Part shown: piece after piece, positions 49,868 through 59,133 of the stretch | Layout: every line of letters starts with the position of its first letter | Position numbering within the stretch: the first letter of the stretch is position 1 | Source of the DNA: an uncultured Chloroflexia bacterium | Lineage (GTDB): Bacteria; Chloroflexota; Limnocylindria; Limnocylindrales; CSP1-4 | Direction: 5' to 3' | Assembly (NCBI GenBank): GCA_963763775.1 | Contig: CAVXPZ010000001.1 | Span: 448,001-512,000, forward strand | Length of the DNA: 64,000 nucleotides | The notes under the pieces: model-generated | Told to the model about the DNA's origin: nothing | Database searches by the model: none | What the model saw: the letters and a program-made list of their open reading frames with translations, nothing else | Translations under genes and position numbers: made by a program

Positions 49868-50658
49868 CCAGCTACCCGCTCCTCGTCGCCGACTCCGCGA
49901 CGATGCTCCGTCGAAACCTGCGCCGGATGCGCCGGTACCCCTCGTTGACGTTCTTCATCGCCGGGTTCCCGGTCGTCTTCCTGCTCCTGTTCGTGTTCGT
50001 CTTCGGCGGCACGCTCGGGGCTGGGCTCGGCGGCGTGTCCGGTGGTCGGGCGGAGTACACGGCCTACGTCCTGCCCGGCATCCTCCTGATCACCGTGGCC
50101 GGCGCCGCGCAGGGGACGACGCTCGCGGTCGCCATGGACATGTCCGGCGGCATCATCGCCCGATTCCGCACCATGGCGGTCGCGCGCACGTCGGTCCTGA
50201 CCGGACACATCGTGGGCAGCGTGATCCAGACGATGCTTGCCTTGGCCGTGGTCGTCGTGGTATCGCTGCTGATCGGGTTCCGACCGACGACGGGACCGAT
50301 CGAGTGGATCGAGACGGCGGGCATCCTCGCGCTCGCCGCCCTCGCGATCAGCTGCCTCTCGGTCGCGCTCGGCATGGTCACGGACAACGTCGAAACCGCC
50401 AGCAACCTGCCGATGTTCCTCATCATCCTGCCGTTCCTGAGCAGCGGCTTCGTCCCGACGGACTCGATGCCCGACGGCCTGGGCTGGTTCGCCCAGAACC
50501 AGCCGTTCACCCCGGTGATCGAGACGGTGCGGAGCCTCCTCCTGGGGACCCCGATGGGGGACAGCGGACGGCTCGCGGTGGCCTGGTGCCTCGTCCTGTC
50601 GGTGGGCGGCTATCTCTGGGCCACGCGGTTGTACGAGCGCGTCCGCGCGAGCTCGTAG
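49864..50658 (+). CDS. ABC-2 (DrrB-type) permease
   Basis: 6 TM helices, DMSGGIIARFRTM and SSGFVP..SMP..L.WFA..QP. Confidence 0.9.
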   Translation: MTSYPLLVADSATMLRRNLRRMRRYPSLTFFIAGFPVVFLLLFVFVFGGTLGAGLGGVSGGRAEYTAYVLPGILLITVAGAAQGTTLAVAMDMSGGIIARFRTMAVARTSVLTGHIVGSVIQTMLALAVVVVVSLLIGFRPTTGPIEWIETAGILALAALAISCLSVALGMVTDNVETASNLPMFLIILPFLSSGFVPTDSMPDGLGWFAQNQPFTPVIETVRSLLLGTPMGDSGRLAVAWCLVLSVGGYLWATRLYERVRASS

Positions 50659-50690
50659 GGATTGCCGCCCCGCGCAGCGAGACGTCAGGG

Positions 50691-50720
50691 TTGACTTATA
50701 TAAGCCGCGCCTTCTAGACT
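50691..50720 (+). promoter_or_regulatory. Promoter with overlapping ArsR operator palindrome
   Basis: TTGACT-N18-TAGACT and CTTATATAAG palindrome at 50695-50704. ATG 4-7 nt downstream, probably leaderless. Confidence 0.7.
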
Positions 50721-50724
50721 ACCC

Positions 50725-51090
50725 ATGATGCACGCGTTCGATGTCCTCGGCGACCCGGTCCGGCGACGGATCCTTGTGCTCCTCGCCGGCGGGGAGCATG
50801 CCTCGGGAGATATCGCGGCCATCGTGCAGCACGAGTTCGGGATCTCGCAGCCGGCGGTCTCGCAGCATCTCAAGGTGCTGCGGGAGAGCGGGTTCGCGAC
50901 GGTCCGGCCCGACGGCGCCCGGCGGCTCTATGCGGTCGATCCGGCGCCACTCCACGCGGTCGACGACTGGCTCGACCCGTTCCGGCACTTCTGGACACAG
51001 CGCCTCGACTCTCTGGCCACCGAGCTGGCACGCGGCAGTCGAAGCCGTCGCGCGGCGACGGACACACTCAAGGAGGGACCTATCCGATGA
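50725..51090 (+). CDS. ArsR/SmtB family regulator
   Basis: LGDPVRRRIL, ISQPAVSQHLKVLRESG and RRLY. Confidence 0.9.
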   Translation: MMHAFDVLGDPVRRRILVLLAGGEHASGDIAAIVQHEFGISQPAVSQHLKVLRESGFATVRPDGARRLYAVDPAPLHAVDDWLDPFRHFWTQRLDSLATELARGSRSRRAATDTLKEGPIR

Positions 51091-51737
51091 TCGATATCGT
51101 CCGCGAGATCGAGGCCGTCCAGCGCGAGGTCGGCAGCGGCCGGATCGCGGCCGGCGAGGGCCGGACCGTCCGCCTCCGCCGGACCTACGACGCGCCGATC
51201 GACGACGTCTGGGATGCCGTGACGACCGCGGAGCGGATCACCCGATGGTTCCTGCCGATCAGCGGTGACCTGCATGTGGGCGGGCGCTACCAGCTCGAAG
51301 GCAATGCCGGGGGCGAGGTCCTGGTCTGCGAGCCACCGCACCGGTTCCGCGTGACCTGGGCATATGGCGAGGTCACGAGCCCGTCCGACCTCTCCGAGCT
51401 CGAGGTGCGACTCACCTCGCCGGGGGAGGGGATGACCACGCTGGAACTCGAGCACACGGCGATCGTCCCCGAGGATGCCTGGGCCATGTTCGGCCCCGGT
51501 GCCGTCGGCGTCGGCTGGGACGGGGGCCTGCTCGGACTGTCGCTCCATCTTCAGGGCCTGTCCGGCGGCGATCCCGTCGCGTGGCAGCTGTCCGAGGAGG
51601 GTCGCGCGTTCAACACTCGATGCAGCGTGGCCTGGGGCCTCGCGAACGAGGCGGCCGGCGCGGACCACGACGCGGCGGCGAGCGCCGTCGCGAACACCAC
51701 GGCGTTCTATGCGCCGGAGCCCGGCGCCTCATCCTGA
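51087..51737 (+). CDS. SRPBCC/AHSA1 family protein
   Basis: YDAPIDDVWDAVT..ERITRWF and GPGAVGVGWD. Confidence 0.87.
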   Translation: MIDIVREIEAVQREVGSGRIAAGEGRTVRLRRTYDAPIDDVWDAVTTAERITRWFLPISGDLHVGGRYQLEGNAGGEVLVCEPPHRFRVTWAYGEVTSPSDLSELEVRLTSPGEGMTTLELEHTAIVPEDAWAMFGPGAVGVGWDGGLLGLSLHLQGLSGGDPVAWQLSEEGRAFNTRCSVAWGLANEAAGADHDAAASAVANTTAFYAPEPGASS

Positions 51738-51753
51738 CCGTCCCGGGCGTCGC

Positions 51754-52347
51754 CTAGGGCCGGCTGTCGAGGAAGGCCGTGTCCTCCGGTCCGAACGCGA
51801 GACCCGTCCGCTCCCACTCGGCGTAGCGCATGACCAGGCCGTCGTCGTCGACGGTCAGCTCGGCGGCGAAGTCACCGCTCGAGTAGCGGTACGTGTCCGC
51901 ATCGAGGCGCGCGTACGTCTGGGCCGCCATGACGACGTCGAACGCCGGGAAGCGGACCCAGGCGGCCTTGATCGTCGACGAGGCACCGACCACGAGCCGC
52001 AGCCGGCGGATCGGCAGGGTGTTGGTCGAGGGGCTGCAGCCGAGGTCGATGTCCGTACAGCCCTTGAGCGCCTTCGAGGGCGCGCCGTCGACGCTCCACT
52101 CGCCCTTGGCCGTCCGCTCGACGCGCAGCGACCGCTGGTCGAATCCGCGCGTGTCGCGAACGTGGACCGCGGTCGTCAGGCCGGCGGCGTCGGCGAGGAC
52201 CTGGTATTCGATGCGGACGGGCACGCCGCCATCCGATCCGAGCACGGTCCCGATGAGCGACAGCCCGCTGGCCCGCACGGTGAACGTGCAGTGCTCGTCG
52301 GCGAGGATCTCGTCCGTCCGTCGCCAGGCGATCCGTCTCGTCGTCAC
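51754..52347 (-). CDS. Putative glycolipid-binding domain protein (DUF1089-like)
   Basis: GCTDIDLGCSPSTNTLPIRRL, QTYARL and VDDDGLV..Y. Confidence 0.8.
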   Translation of the reverse strand: MTTRRIAWRRTDEILADEHCTFTVRASGLSLIGTVLGSDGGVPVRIEYQVLADAAGLTTAVHVRDTRGFDQRSLRVERTAKGEWSVDGAPSKALKGCTDIDLGCSPSTNTLPIRRLRLVVGASSTIKAAWVRFPAFDVVMAAQTYARLDADTYRYSSGDFAAELTVDDDGLVMRYAEWERTGLAFGPEDTAFLDSRP

Positions 52348-52400
52348 GCCACCAGTCTAGGCGCGCCTCGTCGCCGCCGATGCGGACGCCATGACCGTGG

Positions 52401-53283
52401 TCAGGCCCCGGTGAGGACCACGCGCAGCCTCGCGGCGAACGCCTCCGGCTCGCCGGGCTGGCCGTACTCGTCGCCAAGGAAGCCGCCGTGGCCGCTCGGG
52501 AAGACGACGGGCTCCGCGCCCAGGCGCTCGGCGAGGGCGAACGCGGCCCGGTAGGCCAGCTGCCCCTCGGACTCGGTCCCGGCCGCGAGGACGATCACCG
52601 TCGAGGCGGCCCGCAAGGCGTCGATGTCCGGCTCGTACGCCGTGGACGTGACGATGTTCTGCCCCATCAGGGCGTCCGTACGCGCGCCGTCGTCCTGCGT
52701 CGGGAGCCCGAACATCGCCGGGTCCGGCGCGGGCTGCTTGGCGTACTCGGGGCCGAACGGCCCCTTGTGGCTGACGGCCGCGATGAACAGCGCCATCCCG
52801 GCGCCGAACCCGCGGGCCTCGTAGGCGTCGTGGACGGCGCGACAGGCCGCCAACGCGCCGTCACGGTCGGGCAGGATCGAGGCCAGGGGCGGCTCATGCG
52901 CGACGACCATCCGAACCTGTTCCGGGTGCTTCGCCACCAGGGCGAGGGCGTTCACCGCACCGCCGCTGCTCGCGAACAGGTCCACGGGGCCGGCGCCGAG
53001 CGCCTCGATGATCCGGTGCAGGTCATCGGCGTGCTGCTCCGGCGTGGACTCGGACGCTGGATCCGTCTTCGTGCTGCGCTCGACGCCGCGCGGGTCGTAG
53101 GTCACGACGGTGCGGTCGGTGAAATGCCCCGCCAGCGTGCCGAAGCCGCTCGCGCCCATCGGCGAGCCGACGAGGAGGAGGACCGGGTCGTCGGACGGGA
53201 CCGTCCGATGGCCGGATGTCGTAGGTCAGGACGGCGCCGGGCGAGTCCATCGTTCGTGTCGTCAGCTCGGTCAGGGTCGTCAT
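52401..53283 (-). CDS. Alpha/beta hydrolase, +1 frameshift near 53190
   Basis: GAVLTYDIR, then TYDPRG, FASSGGA, VAHEPP and GHGGF. Confidence 0.8.
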
Positions 53284-53311
53284 CGGATCCTCCGGTCGGT
53301 GCTCAGGGTCG

Positions 53312-53776
53312 TCATCGTGGTGGCGAGGCGGGCGAACGTCGAACGTAGAGGAGTGGGAAGTCGAGCTCCCACACGTCAGGCCCGTCGCCCGTTCGACGCT
53401 CCCATCGGCCGTCGATCGTGCGTCCGTCCGCCGAGATCTCGCCGATGAACCGCTGGTCGAAGCCCGGGCCGTCCGGACCATCCCAGTCCTCTCCCGGAGC
53501 TCGCCAGATCGTCCAGGTCGAGCCCTCGACGGCTGTCATGAACAAGCGCTTGACCCCGCGGGCGTCGAAGTAGTGCATCGGCTGCGGTTCGTCGTCTGGC
53601 GCACCTCCGACGATCGAGAGGCTGTCGGGGATCCCTGCCGGCTCGCCCACCGAGCGCATCACGATGAAGGCGCCGAGGCGCTCGATCGTGGCCTGGACGG
53701 TGAGCCGCATCGGCGGCTCGATCGGGAGCTCGCCCGTTCCGTCCCACTCGCCGATCAACGGCTCGAACATGGGCAT
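53312..53776 (-). CDS. Hypothetical beta-barrel (DUF1579-like) protein
   Basis: LIGEWDG, MHYFDARGV.R, F.QRF.G.IS.DG.TI.G.WE and WELDF.L.Y.R. Confidence 0.65.
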   Translation of the reverse strand: MPMFEPLIGEWDGTGELPIEPPMRLTVQATIERLGAFIVMRSVGEPAGIPDSLSIVGGAPDDEPQPMHYFDARGVKRLFMTAVEGSTWTIWRAPGEDWDGPDGPGFDQRFIGEISADGRTIDGRWERRTGDGPDVWELDFPLLYVRRSPASPPR

Positions 53777-53787
53777 CGCCAGCCCTT

Positions 53788-54295
53788 TCAGGCCGAGGGG
53801 ACCCGGTCCCCGGCCAGGATCGCGTCGATCTGGCCGACGGCCTGCGTCAAGCCTTCCTCCATGCCCATGCCCAGGACCTGTTCCATCGCCTCGGCGCTCG
53901 GGGAAGTGGCTCTCGATCGACATCCGCGTGTGGTCCGCGTCGATCGGCTCGATGGTCACACGGCCCTCGTTGCGGGGGAAGTCGTCGTTCGGGGTCCCGT
54001 CGTTCCCCGCGAAGCCGTCGACGAAGACGATCCGGCGCGGCGGCTCCACTTCGACGAGGTCCCAGTAGCCGTGGGCCTCCTCGCCGGTCGGGCCGGTCAT
54101 GTGGTATTCGACGTGGGCGCCGGGCGCGAGGTCGTGCGCCGTGAACGTCGCGGGCCACATCGGCGGCCCCCACCAGCGCTCGAGCTGGCGCGGGTCGGCC
54201 CACAGCTGCCACACGCGCTCTGGCGAGGCCGCGAACTCGGCGGTGAGGGTCAGGGTCAGGGCCTCGGGGTCCTTCCGGACGGCAGTGACGGTCAT
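53788..54295 (-). CDS. SRPBCC/AHSA1 family protein, +1 frameshift near 53900
   Basis: ERVWQLWADPRQLERWWGP, with shifted C-terminus EQVLGMGMEEGL..AVGQID. Confidence 0.8.
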
Positions 54296-54627
54296 GCGAT
54301 GGTCTCCTCCGTGCTCGCGATGAGATCGGTCATGCGCTCGATGCGGCCGCGCCACAGCGCCTCGTACTGGTCGAGCAGGCCGCGCGCGACGCGGAGCCCC
54401 TCGATATCGGTGCGGACGACCTTGCGGCGCCCATCCCGCTGCTTGGTGACCAGGCCGGCCCGCTCGAGGACCGCGACGTGCTTCTGCACGGCCGCGAAGC
54501 TCATGGGGTAGTGCCCGGCCAGCTCGGCGACGCCCTCGTTGCCACCGAGCGCGCGCAACACGATGTCGCGGCGAGTCGCGTCGGCGAGGGCGGCGAAGAC
54601 GTGATCGGCGTTGAAGGTCGTCGTCAT
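54292..54627 (-). CDS. ArsR/SmtB family regulator
   Basis: FAALADATRRDI and MSFAAVQKHVAVLERAGLV. Confidence 0.88.
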   Translation of the reverse strand: MTTTFNADHVFAALADATRRDIVLRALGGNEGVAELAGHYPMSFAAVQKHVAVLERAGLVTKQRDGRRKVVRTDIEGLRVARGLLDQYEALWRGRIERMTDLIASTEETIA

Positions 54628-54630
54628 TGG

Positions 54631-54648
54631 TACAACCATACGGTTGTA
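54631..54648. promoter_or_regulatory. ArsR-type operator palindrome
   Basis: TACAACC-ATAC-GGTTGTA immediately upstream of the ArsR start. Confidence 0.75.
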
Positions 54649-54710
54649 TGACAACATCGTCAAGTCGTTCGGCTTAGCATCGTGCACCGACCGACCGTGG
54701 ACGACCGGGC

Positions 54711-55205
54711 ATGACCGGGGAGGACGACCGCATGACGCTGCCGAGCGATGGACCGAACACCGATGCCGTGCTGACGGCGGTGGCCGACATCCCGACCCTG
54801 ATGGTCGGCGCGACGACCGCCAGCCTGGTCGCGACCGGGACCCAGACCGACGGCCGGTACGGCCTGTTCCGCTGGGACATGACGGCTGCGTCGGGGGCCG
54901 CGACGCCGCACTACCACCGGACGCACTCCGAGGCGTTCTACGTGCTCGACGGTCGGATCGGGCTCTTCGACGGCAAGGACTGGCGCGAGGGGAGGGCCGG
55001 GGACTTCCTCTACATCCCGCCGAGCGGCATCCACGCCTTCCGCAACGAGAGCGGCGGACCGGTCTCGATGCTCATCGTCTTCGCGCCGGCCCCGCCTCGT
55101 GAGGCGTACTTCCGGGAGCTGGGCGAGCGCATCGCCTCGGGTCGCACGTACACCGATGCGGAACGGGCCGAGTTCATGGCCAGGCACGACCAGTTCGAGG
55201 TCTGA
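54711..55205 (+). CDS. Cupin domain protein
   Basis: PHYHRTHSEAFYVLDG and G..HAFRN. Confidence 0.87.
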   Translation: MTGEDDRMTLPSDGPNTDAVLTAVADIPTLMVGATTASLVATGTQTDGRYGLFRWDMTAASGAATPHYHRTHSEAFYVLDGRIGLFDGKDWREGRAGDFLYIPPSGIHAFRNESGGPVSMLIVFAPAPPREAYFRELGERIASGRTYTDAERAEFMARHDQFEV

Positions 55206-55218
55206 CCCGAGACAGGCC

Positions 55219-56433
55219 TCAGCGCCCCGGGCTGAGCCAGATCGTGGGGACGTAGGAGTCGGGGGCGCCGAACGAGCCCACGGCGATCGCGCCCGGGCCG
55301 CCCGGGGTGATCGCATAGAACTCGCCCTGCTCCTGGACCGGGGCCGAGCGCGCCTGCGTCCAGTGGAGACCGTCGCCGGAGACCCACGAGATCGCCGTCC
55401 CGCGTTGGAGGCCCTGGTAGTCGCCGACACCGATGAGCTCGTCGCCGATCGCCGTGACGTCCGTCATCCAGGCGAACCCGCCGGAATGCTCGCGAGACGG
55501 CTCGTTCGGCGCACGGGTCCACGTCCGCCCGTCGGGCGAGATCCAGGCGGCAGCCTCGTGCCGGGCGACATCGGACCCGACGGCGACAAGGCCGCCGAAC
55601 GGCGCCGGCACGACGGCCACGGCGATGCCGTCGACGAACGCGGGGTCGTCGACCCGTGACCAACTCGACCCGTCTGGCGACGTCCAGGCCACGGCGCCGG
55701 TGGGCTTCTGCACGGTCCCGACCACCCCGACCGCCACGAACCCGTCGCCGAGACGCGTGATCGCGCGGACCTCGGCGTCCGCGAACGCCGCGGGATCGTC
55801 CGGTACCGGCTGCCACGCGACGCCATCCGCCGAGGTCCAGAACCGCGCGTGTCGTTCGAAGAGCTCTGGTCCCACCGAGCCGCCCGCCAGGTAGCCTTGC
55901 GGGCTGGCCACGACCGACGTCATCCGCTCGGCGACGCCGCTCGCATCGAGCGTCGGGACGGCGTGCTCGGCCCAGGTGGCACCGTCCGTACTCGTCCAGG
56001 CCACCGGCAGCTTCCCGGACCGGCCGACCGCCACGGCGGTCCCGTCCGATCCGGTCGTGACGGCCACGGGGAACGTGAAGCCGGTCGTGCCGATCGGGTG
56101 GAACGCCCAATCCTGCCCATCGGGCGATGTCCATGCCGCCGGCGTCCAGTCCGGCGGCACATAGCCGACCGCCGCGAACCCGCCGGCCGGCAGCGGCGTG
56201 ACATCCGCGATCATCGCTTGTCCGGGGATCCGGAGGATCGGGTGCACGCCGGTGTACGCCGATGCCGAGGGATCGACCTCGTAGTTCGTGGGTCGTTCGA
56301 CCGAGGGCGCCCGCGCCCAGTCGATCCCGAGGACCGGCGGTCCCGACGGCGACGCCGTCGTCGAGGTCGACCCACAGCCGGCGACGGCGAGGAGCCCGGC
56401 GCTCAGCGAGAGCGCGGCCAGCGCCGTTCGCAT
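55219..56433 (-). CDS. Lipoprotein with Asp-box-like W-x-S-x-D-G-x-x-W repeats (beta-propeller)
   Basis: Lipobox VAGC and about six repeats such as AWTSPDGQDW, AWTSTDGATW and FWTSADGVAW. Confidence 0.75.
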   Translation of the reverse strand: MRTALAALSLSAGLLAVAGCGSTSTTASPSGPPVLGIDWARAPSVERPTNYEVDPSASAYTGVHPILRIPGQAMIADVTPLPAGGFAAVGYVPPDWTPAAWTSPDGQDWAFHPIGTTGFTFPVAVTTGSDGTAVAVGRSGKLPVAWTSTDGATWAEHAVPTLDASGVAERMTSVVASPQGYLAGGSVGPELFERHARFWTSADGVAWQPVPDDPAAFADAEVRAITRLGDGFVAVGVVGTVQKPTGAVAWTSPDGSSWSRVDDPAFVDGIAVAVVPAPFGGLVAVGSDVARHEAAAWISPDGRTWTRAPNEPSREHSGGFAWMTDVTAIGDELIGVGDYQGLQRGTAISWVSGDGLHWTQARSAPVQEQGEFYAITPGGPGAIAVGSFGAPDSYVPTIWLSPGR

Positions 56434-56657
56434 GGCGGCGTCGGCTGCTCGCATCGTGCGAACGCATCGACTCCTCCGGGCCGGGCGTCCACCATGGTCG
56501 CCCTCGTCGCGCAGACTGTATCGGGATGCGGGCTCCAGCGAGGCGGACGACCGACCGCTCGAGCCGACCATGACGGGCGCTGTCATGTTTCGTCACGATG
56601 ATCGACCCGGGCGCTGGAGCCCGACCGACGGCTGGCGCGATCGCTCGAAGGAGGCAG

Positions 56658-57588
56658 ATGACCGTCATCGACTGGCTGCTCGACGCTGATCCCGCGATCC
56701 GCTGGCAGGTGCTGCGCGACCTGACCCGCCAGCCGGCCGACGTCGTGGTCGCCGAACGTTCACGGGTCGCGACGGAGGGCTGGGGCGCCCGGTTGCTCGC
56801 CCTCCAGGCGACGGACGGCCAGTGGGGAGGCCGGCCGTGGTCCCACGACTGGACCGACACGTTCCACGTGCTCGAGCTGCTGCGACGATTCGGGATCGAC
56901 CCCCGGAGTCAGCCTGCCGAGCGGGCGGTCCGCCTCGTCCGCGAGCAGGTCACCTGGCGGGATCCCGACTTCGAGACCCCTTGGTCGGACCATCGGTTCT
57001 TCGAGGGCGAGGTGGAGCCGTGCATCAACGGCAACGTCGTGGCGACCGGCTCGTACTTCGGGGTGGACATGACACCACTGGTCGAGCGGCTGCTCGGCGA
57101 GCAGCTGCCGGATGGCGGGTGGAACTGCGAGGTCGAGAACGGCGCGACGGTGTCGTCGTTCGAGACGACGATCAACGTCCTCGAGGGACTTGTCGAGCAC
57201 GAGCGATCGATCGGCGGTTCCGCGAGGGTCGGGGAGGCGCGTCACCGTGGCGAGTCGTACCTCCTCGATCGCCGTCTCTTCCGTCGGAAGTCGACCGGCG
57301 ACGTCGTCGACCAGTCCTGGCTCCGCTTCTCGTTCCCGACCTGGTACCACTACGACGTCCTGCGCGCGCTGGACTACCTGCGCGATGCCGAGGTCGTGCC
57401 CGACGAGCGGCATCGTCGAGGCGATCGGGGTCGTCGAGGGCAACCGCGCGGCCGATGGCCGCTGGCCGCTCCAGAACGTCCACCGTGGCGTCGCCGCCAT
57501 CGAGATGGAGGACGGCGAGGGCACGCCGAGTCGATGGAACACGTTGCGTGCCCTGCGTGTCCTCGAGTGGGCCGAGCGCAGCGGGTAG
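56658..57588 (+). CDS. Prenyltransferase/squalene-cyclase-repeat (alpha/alpha barrel) protein, +1 frameshift near 57410
   Basis: AAGGAGG RBS, WLLDADPAIRWQV, QLPDGGWNCE, YDVLRALDY and SRWNTLRALRVL. Confidence 0.75.
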
Positions 57589-57607
57589 GGCGCTCTAGAG
57601 TGGCGGC

Positions 57608-58384
57608 ATGCTGATCATCCTGCCGCCGTCGGAGTCGAAGCGGCCGCCGCCCGAACACGGCCAGCCGCTCGCGCTCGGCAGCCTGTCCTTCCCGGTGCTG
57701 ACCGGCCCGCGGGAGCAGGTCCTCGATGCCCTTGTCGTGACGAGTGGCGGCGCCGACGCGACCAGGCGGCTGCTCGTCCGCCCGTCGCTGGCCGCCGACG
57801 TCGCCCGAAACATCCGCGTGCGCGAGTCGCCGGCGATACCCGTGCTCGACCTCTACGCCGGGTCGCTGTACGACGGGCTGGACGCCGCGTCCCTCTCCTC
57901 GGCCGCGACGGAGCGTGCCGCCAACGGCCTCGTCGTCACGTCCGCGCTGTGGGGCCTCCTCCGGCCGACGGACCGGATCCCGAACTATCGCCTGAACGTC
58001 TGCGCGCATCTGGTCGGGATCGAACGCCTCGAGCCGTTCTGGCGGGCCGTTCTGGGCGACACGCTCGCCGAGGCCGCCGGCCCCGACGGGATCGTGCTGG
58101 ACCTCCGGTCGCCGGGCTATCAGGCGATGGGGATGCCGACGGGCCGAGGCGATCGGACCGTGACGCTGCGCGTGGAGCGGGCCGACGTCGCGGGCCGACC
58201 GATCGGTGCTGTCGTCGCGAAACGAGTCCGCGGGCAGGCGGCTCGAGCGCTCCTCGCGTCGGGGGCGGAACCGAGCGAGCCGGCCGATGTCGCGGAGCTC
58301 CTCGCCGAGCAGTGGCCGGTCCGACTCGAGGCCCCGGCCAGGCCGGGGCGGTCGTGGGTCCTGACGCTCACGTCGAGCGAGTGA
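57608..58384 (+). CDS. yaaA: YaaA-family peroxide stress protein
   Basis: MLIILPPSESK, LY.G.LYD.L, SALWGLLRP.D.IP.YRL and AK..RG. Confidence 0.83.
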   Translation: MLIILPPSESKRPPPEHGQPLALGSLSFPVLTGPREQVLDALVVTSGGADATRRLLVRPSLAADVARNIRVRESPAIPVLDLYAGSLYDGLDAASLSSAATERAANGLVVTSALWGLLRPTDRIPNYRLNVCAHLVGIERLEPFWRAVLGDTLAEAAGPDGIVLDLRSPGYQAMGMPTGRGDRTVTLRVERADVAGRPIGAVVAKRVRGQAARALLASGAEPSEPADVAELLAEQWPVRLEAPARPGRSWVLTLTSSE

Positions 58385-58488
58385 GCGGACAGGAGCGCAG
58401 CATCGCCTACTACGCCGACCGGCTCGCCGAGCACGAGCGCGAGCACGTGCTCCATCTGGAGCGGGTCATGGCGGCGCGACGGGCCTAG
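58381..58488 (+). pseudogene. 35-aa ORF resembling a DinB-family C-terminal fragment
   Basis: GTGA overlap with the yaaA stop. Sequence is SGQERSIAYYADRLAEHEREHVLHLERVMAARRA, with an HxxxH helix. Confidence 0.4.
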
Positions 58489-58505
58489 ACGGCTCGCGCG
58501 GTCGC

Positions 58506-59133
58506 CTAGCGGTTGAGGAGGTCCTCGAAGGGGACCGGGTCGGCGAAGTCGTCGCGCGCTGCGGACGGTGGCTGCGCGGCCATCGCCGCGGCGAGCTCCG
58601 TCGCCGCGCGCTCGATGCGTTCGACCAGGCTGCCGTCCGTCGCCGCCCCGCCCTGGCCCCAGTCCTCGGTCGCGGCGTAGACACCGGTCGGCACCACGGC
58701 CGCGCGAAGGTAGGCGAACAGCGGCCGGATGGCGTGCTCCACGGCCAGCGAGTGCCGCGGCGTGCCCCCGGTGGCCGCGATCAGCACGGGCTTGGCCCGA
58801 AACCCGTCGCGGTCCAGGCTGTCGAAGAAGAGCTTGAAGAGCCCGTTGTACGAGCCGCTGAAGATCGGCGAGACCGCGATGACGCCGTCCGCCGCCAGCA
58901 CCGCGTCCTGCGCCGACTGGAGCGACGGGGAAGGGAAGCCGGTCAGCATCTGGTTGGCGAGGTCGACCGCGTGGTCGCGCAGTTCGATGACCTCGGGGCG
59001 CGGGTCGACGCCCGCCTCCCGGAGGTGGCGCTCCGTGGCCGCCGCCAGTCGATCGCCCAACAGCCGGCTCGACGACGGCTCGGCCAGGCCCGCCGTCACG
59101 ACCACCAGCGACCGGGTCGCCGGGACCGGTCAT
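58506..59133 (-). CDS. NAD(P)H-dependent FMN reductase (CE1759-like), +1 frameshift just after start
   Basis: VVTAGL..PSSSRLL, SPIFSGSYNGLFK.FFD and ATGGTPRHSL. ATGA-coupled to the LLM gene. Confidence 0.83.

Noticed and set aside
53312-54355. Apparent SRPBCC-DUF1579 fusion, and likewise the kinase/regulator fusion ORF 61849-63912
   Set aside because: Both are frameshift read-through artefacts. Each gene has its own start and stop once corrected.
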